Assembly (NCBI RefSeq): GCF_009914755.1
Contig: NC_060929.1
Reading direction: 5' to 3' (one strand)
Source of the DNA: the human T2T-CHM13v2.0 reference genome, Homo sapiens
Length of the DNA: 64,000 nucleotides
Shown: piece by piece, positions 58,200 through 64,000 of the stretch
Numbering within the stretch: the first letter of the stretch is position 1
Layout of the letters: every line of letters begins with the position of its first letter
The notes under the pieces: model-generated
Seen by the model: only the letters and a program-made list of their open reading frames with translations
Databases searched by the model: none
Told to the model about the DNA's origin: nothing
Translations under genes and position numbers: made by a program

Positions 58200-58450
58200 T
58201 TAGAGGGAGCGTAGCATAGCAGGTAAGACTACACACTGAAGGGAGACTTCCAGGGTTAGAACATTGGCTCTGCTACTTCACAGCTATGTGATGTGGACAG
58301 ATTAGTCTTTGTTCCTCATTTTCCATCTGTAACATGGGGATGATAACTTTACCTACTTCCTAGAGTTGATGTGAGGAATACTTGAGCTTATATATATAAA
58401 CAGTTATAGCAATGCCAAGCATGTAATAAGTGAATATAAGAGCTGGCTGT
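58200..58450. mobile_element. MIR SINE
   Basis: MIR core motifs (ggctctgctacttcacagctatgtga...catctgtaacatggggatgata). Confidence 0.7.
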
Positions 58451-58717
58451 TTTTATGTAATATATAGCTGTCTCATTATTTAGTCTCTCTATGGGGGGAA
58501 ATAGGCTACTATAATTTTAGGCAAAATAATTTGGCTGTAGAGAAACAAACCAAGTTGTTCCACTTTACTCTTTGACCATTTATTTGAAATAAATACTTAA
58601 GTACATTAATTAAATTTACTTTTAAAACTAAGCAAGTTGTTTATACAATGATGGTATATTATTAGCAAGAACTGCATATTTCAGCTGGCTCTTTAAAATA
58701 ATTAATAATTGTATTTT

Positions 58718-59330
<613 letters not shown>

Positions 59331-59561
59331 TTAATTGTATTTTATTTTATTTTTTTTGGCTGCTCAGAATAACACAATCTTTTTAAACATTTTTATTATT
59401 GAAAATTCCAAACTAACTTACTGCATATCAAAAATCTATAGTCAAATATGTAGTCATTATTTTTGTAACGTTTAATATGTTACAGATTAAGGCAATTTCT
59501 CTGTAAGTATGCCAACAGTAGGTTATGATTAGGATACAGATACTTGAATTAACAAATTTGG

Positions 59562-59806
59562 AGCCAGAGATGGTGGTGTTTGCCTTTAATCCTATCTACT
59601 TCAGAGACTGAGGTTATAAAATCACTTAAGCTGAGGAGTTTGATTCCAGCCTTCTGCACAACATGACAAGACTGCATCTCTCTTTTTTATTTCTTTTTAT
59701 TTTTTTTATTTTTTTATTTTTTTAAGATGGAGTTACGCTCTTGTTGCCCAGGCTGGAGTGCAATGGCGTGATCTCGGCTCACCAAAACCTCAAAAAAAGA
59801 AAAAGA
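59562..59806. mobile_element. Old Alu monomer (+) with a truncated antisense Alu fragment before its A-tail
   Basis: FLAM-like body 59562..59682, T-tract and Alu 3' end 59684..59791, then an A-run. Confidence 0.7.
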
Positions 59807-60569
59807 ATGAAAAATTGAGAATCTGATAGTATGTGTTTAAGATGGTATTTTTATACGAATATTGCTGTAGCTAAATCTGTATGTTTGGTTTAAAAATCTC
59901 AGAAACTAGATTTTATTATTTAATAAATGGATGTTAAATCCTAAATATGTTCATTATGAATAAATTATATTTTTATGTTAAGGAATATTTTAGGACAATA
60001 GTGCTTTCATTTTACTGCTATATTTGAAGGCTGGGCAAACTCAAAATTTTTGGCGTTTTCCTGTTCTTAGAGTTCTAGTATAGCAATAACAATAGTTTTT
60101 AATATTAGCTCATTTTCGTTTTTAGTATCTCTCATACCATTTCTTAATATAGTATGTTATATAACATTTTAAATATATTTTTTACTAAATGTCATTGTTA
60201 TACTAATTTTTGACAGTGTCTGCAAGTAATTTCTTTGTTCTTTGAAGCAGAAAGTTACAATGTTAGGAAAATTGGATAGAGAGACCAGTATGCCTGCTTT
60301 TGGAGCAAATGGTGTAGAGCAAAGGATACGCTTTACTTTATTTTGTGACTGAACATGTTATCTAGAGGAATGTAATTATAAAATACTCTAAATTGTTAAC
60401 ATTTCTCATATTTGAAATTTGTCAATATTACAGCCGTACTACTATGACTTTTTGAATTCTCATTCTGGTCATGGTCATATTAAGCAATGTTAAGCCAAGT
60501 TTCTTTTTTTCACTGTGATTAGACTTAAGATGACACAAATATTTTTAAGGTGTAACTTATTGTGTAATA

Positions 60570-60810
60570 ATAATAGCTCATACTAGCATTTAACATATGC
60601 TACATATTCTAAGCATGTAAAACATAGATGTTATTTAATCCTTACATAAACATATAATGATAGTACTGCTCTTTTCCCCAGTCTTACAGATGAGAAATTA
60701 AATCACAAAGTGGTGAATAATTTTTTCAAGGCCACTCAGTAAGCATTGGAACCATGATATAACACAAGCATTTTGACTTTAGGATCCATGCGTTTAATCA
60801 CTTTGTATGC
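60570..60810. mobile_element. MIR SINE
   Basis: ttatttaatcctt...ttacagatgagaaa...caaggccactcag. Confidence 0.6.
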
Positions 60811-60852
60811 AGTGTAGGCCTAAGTCAAGTAAATTGAATCCTGCATTTTTCA

Positions 60853-64000
<3,148 letters not shown>

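Overview
Hominid (human-like) genomic DNA from the middle of the importin-11 gene (IPO11, + strand). I traced 15 consecutive coding exons (732..54920; 1422 nt, 474 codons) that splice into one open frame. The frame closes only if one intron is GC-AG (7852..11628) and one is a 157-nt minor-spliceosome AT-AC intron (22332..22488); one acceptor is a CAGCAG tandem site. The introns hold about 30 Alus plus L1, L2, MIR, MaLR LTR and DNA-transposon remnants. The most striking object is a ~2.9-kb antisense composite insertion bounded by a single perfect 19-bp target-site duplication (29364..32297). It reads: full-length SVA, SVA A-tail, 92-bp foreign linker, intact intronless CKS1B ORF with 3' UTR, second poly(A). 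This is best explained as an SVA 3'-transduction (or RT template-switch chimera) that moved a complete protein-coding cassette. Other unusual structures are an 82-bp non-Alu inverted duplication, an AT-rich palindromic 21-bp minisatellite, two twin-primed (5'-inverted) L1s and an internally scrambled THE1 LTR. Gene and repeat-family names come from my recall of known sequences, not from database searches. Boundaries of old repeats are approximate.
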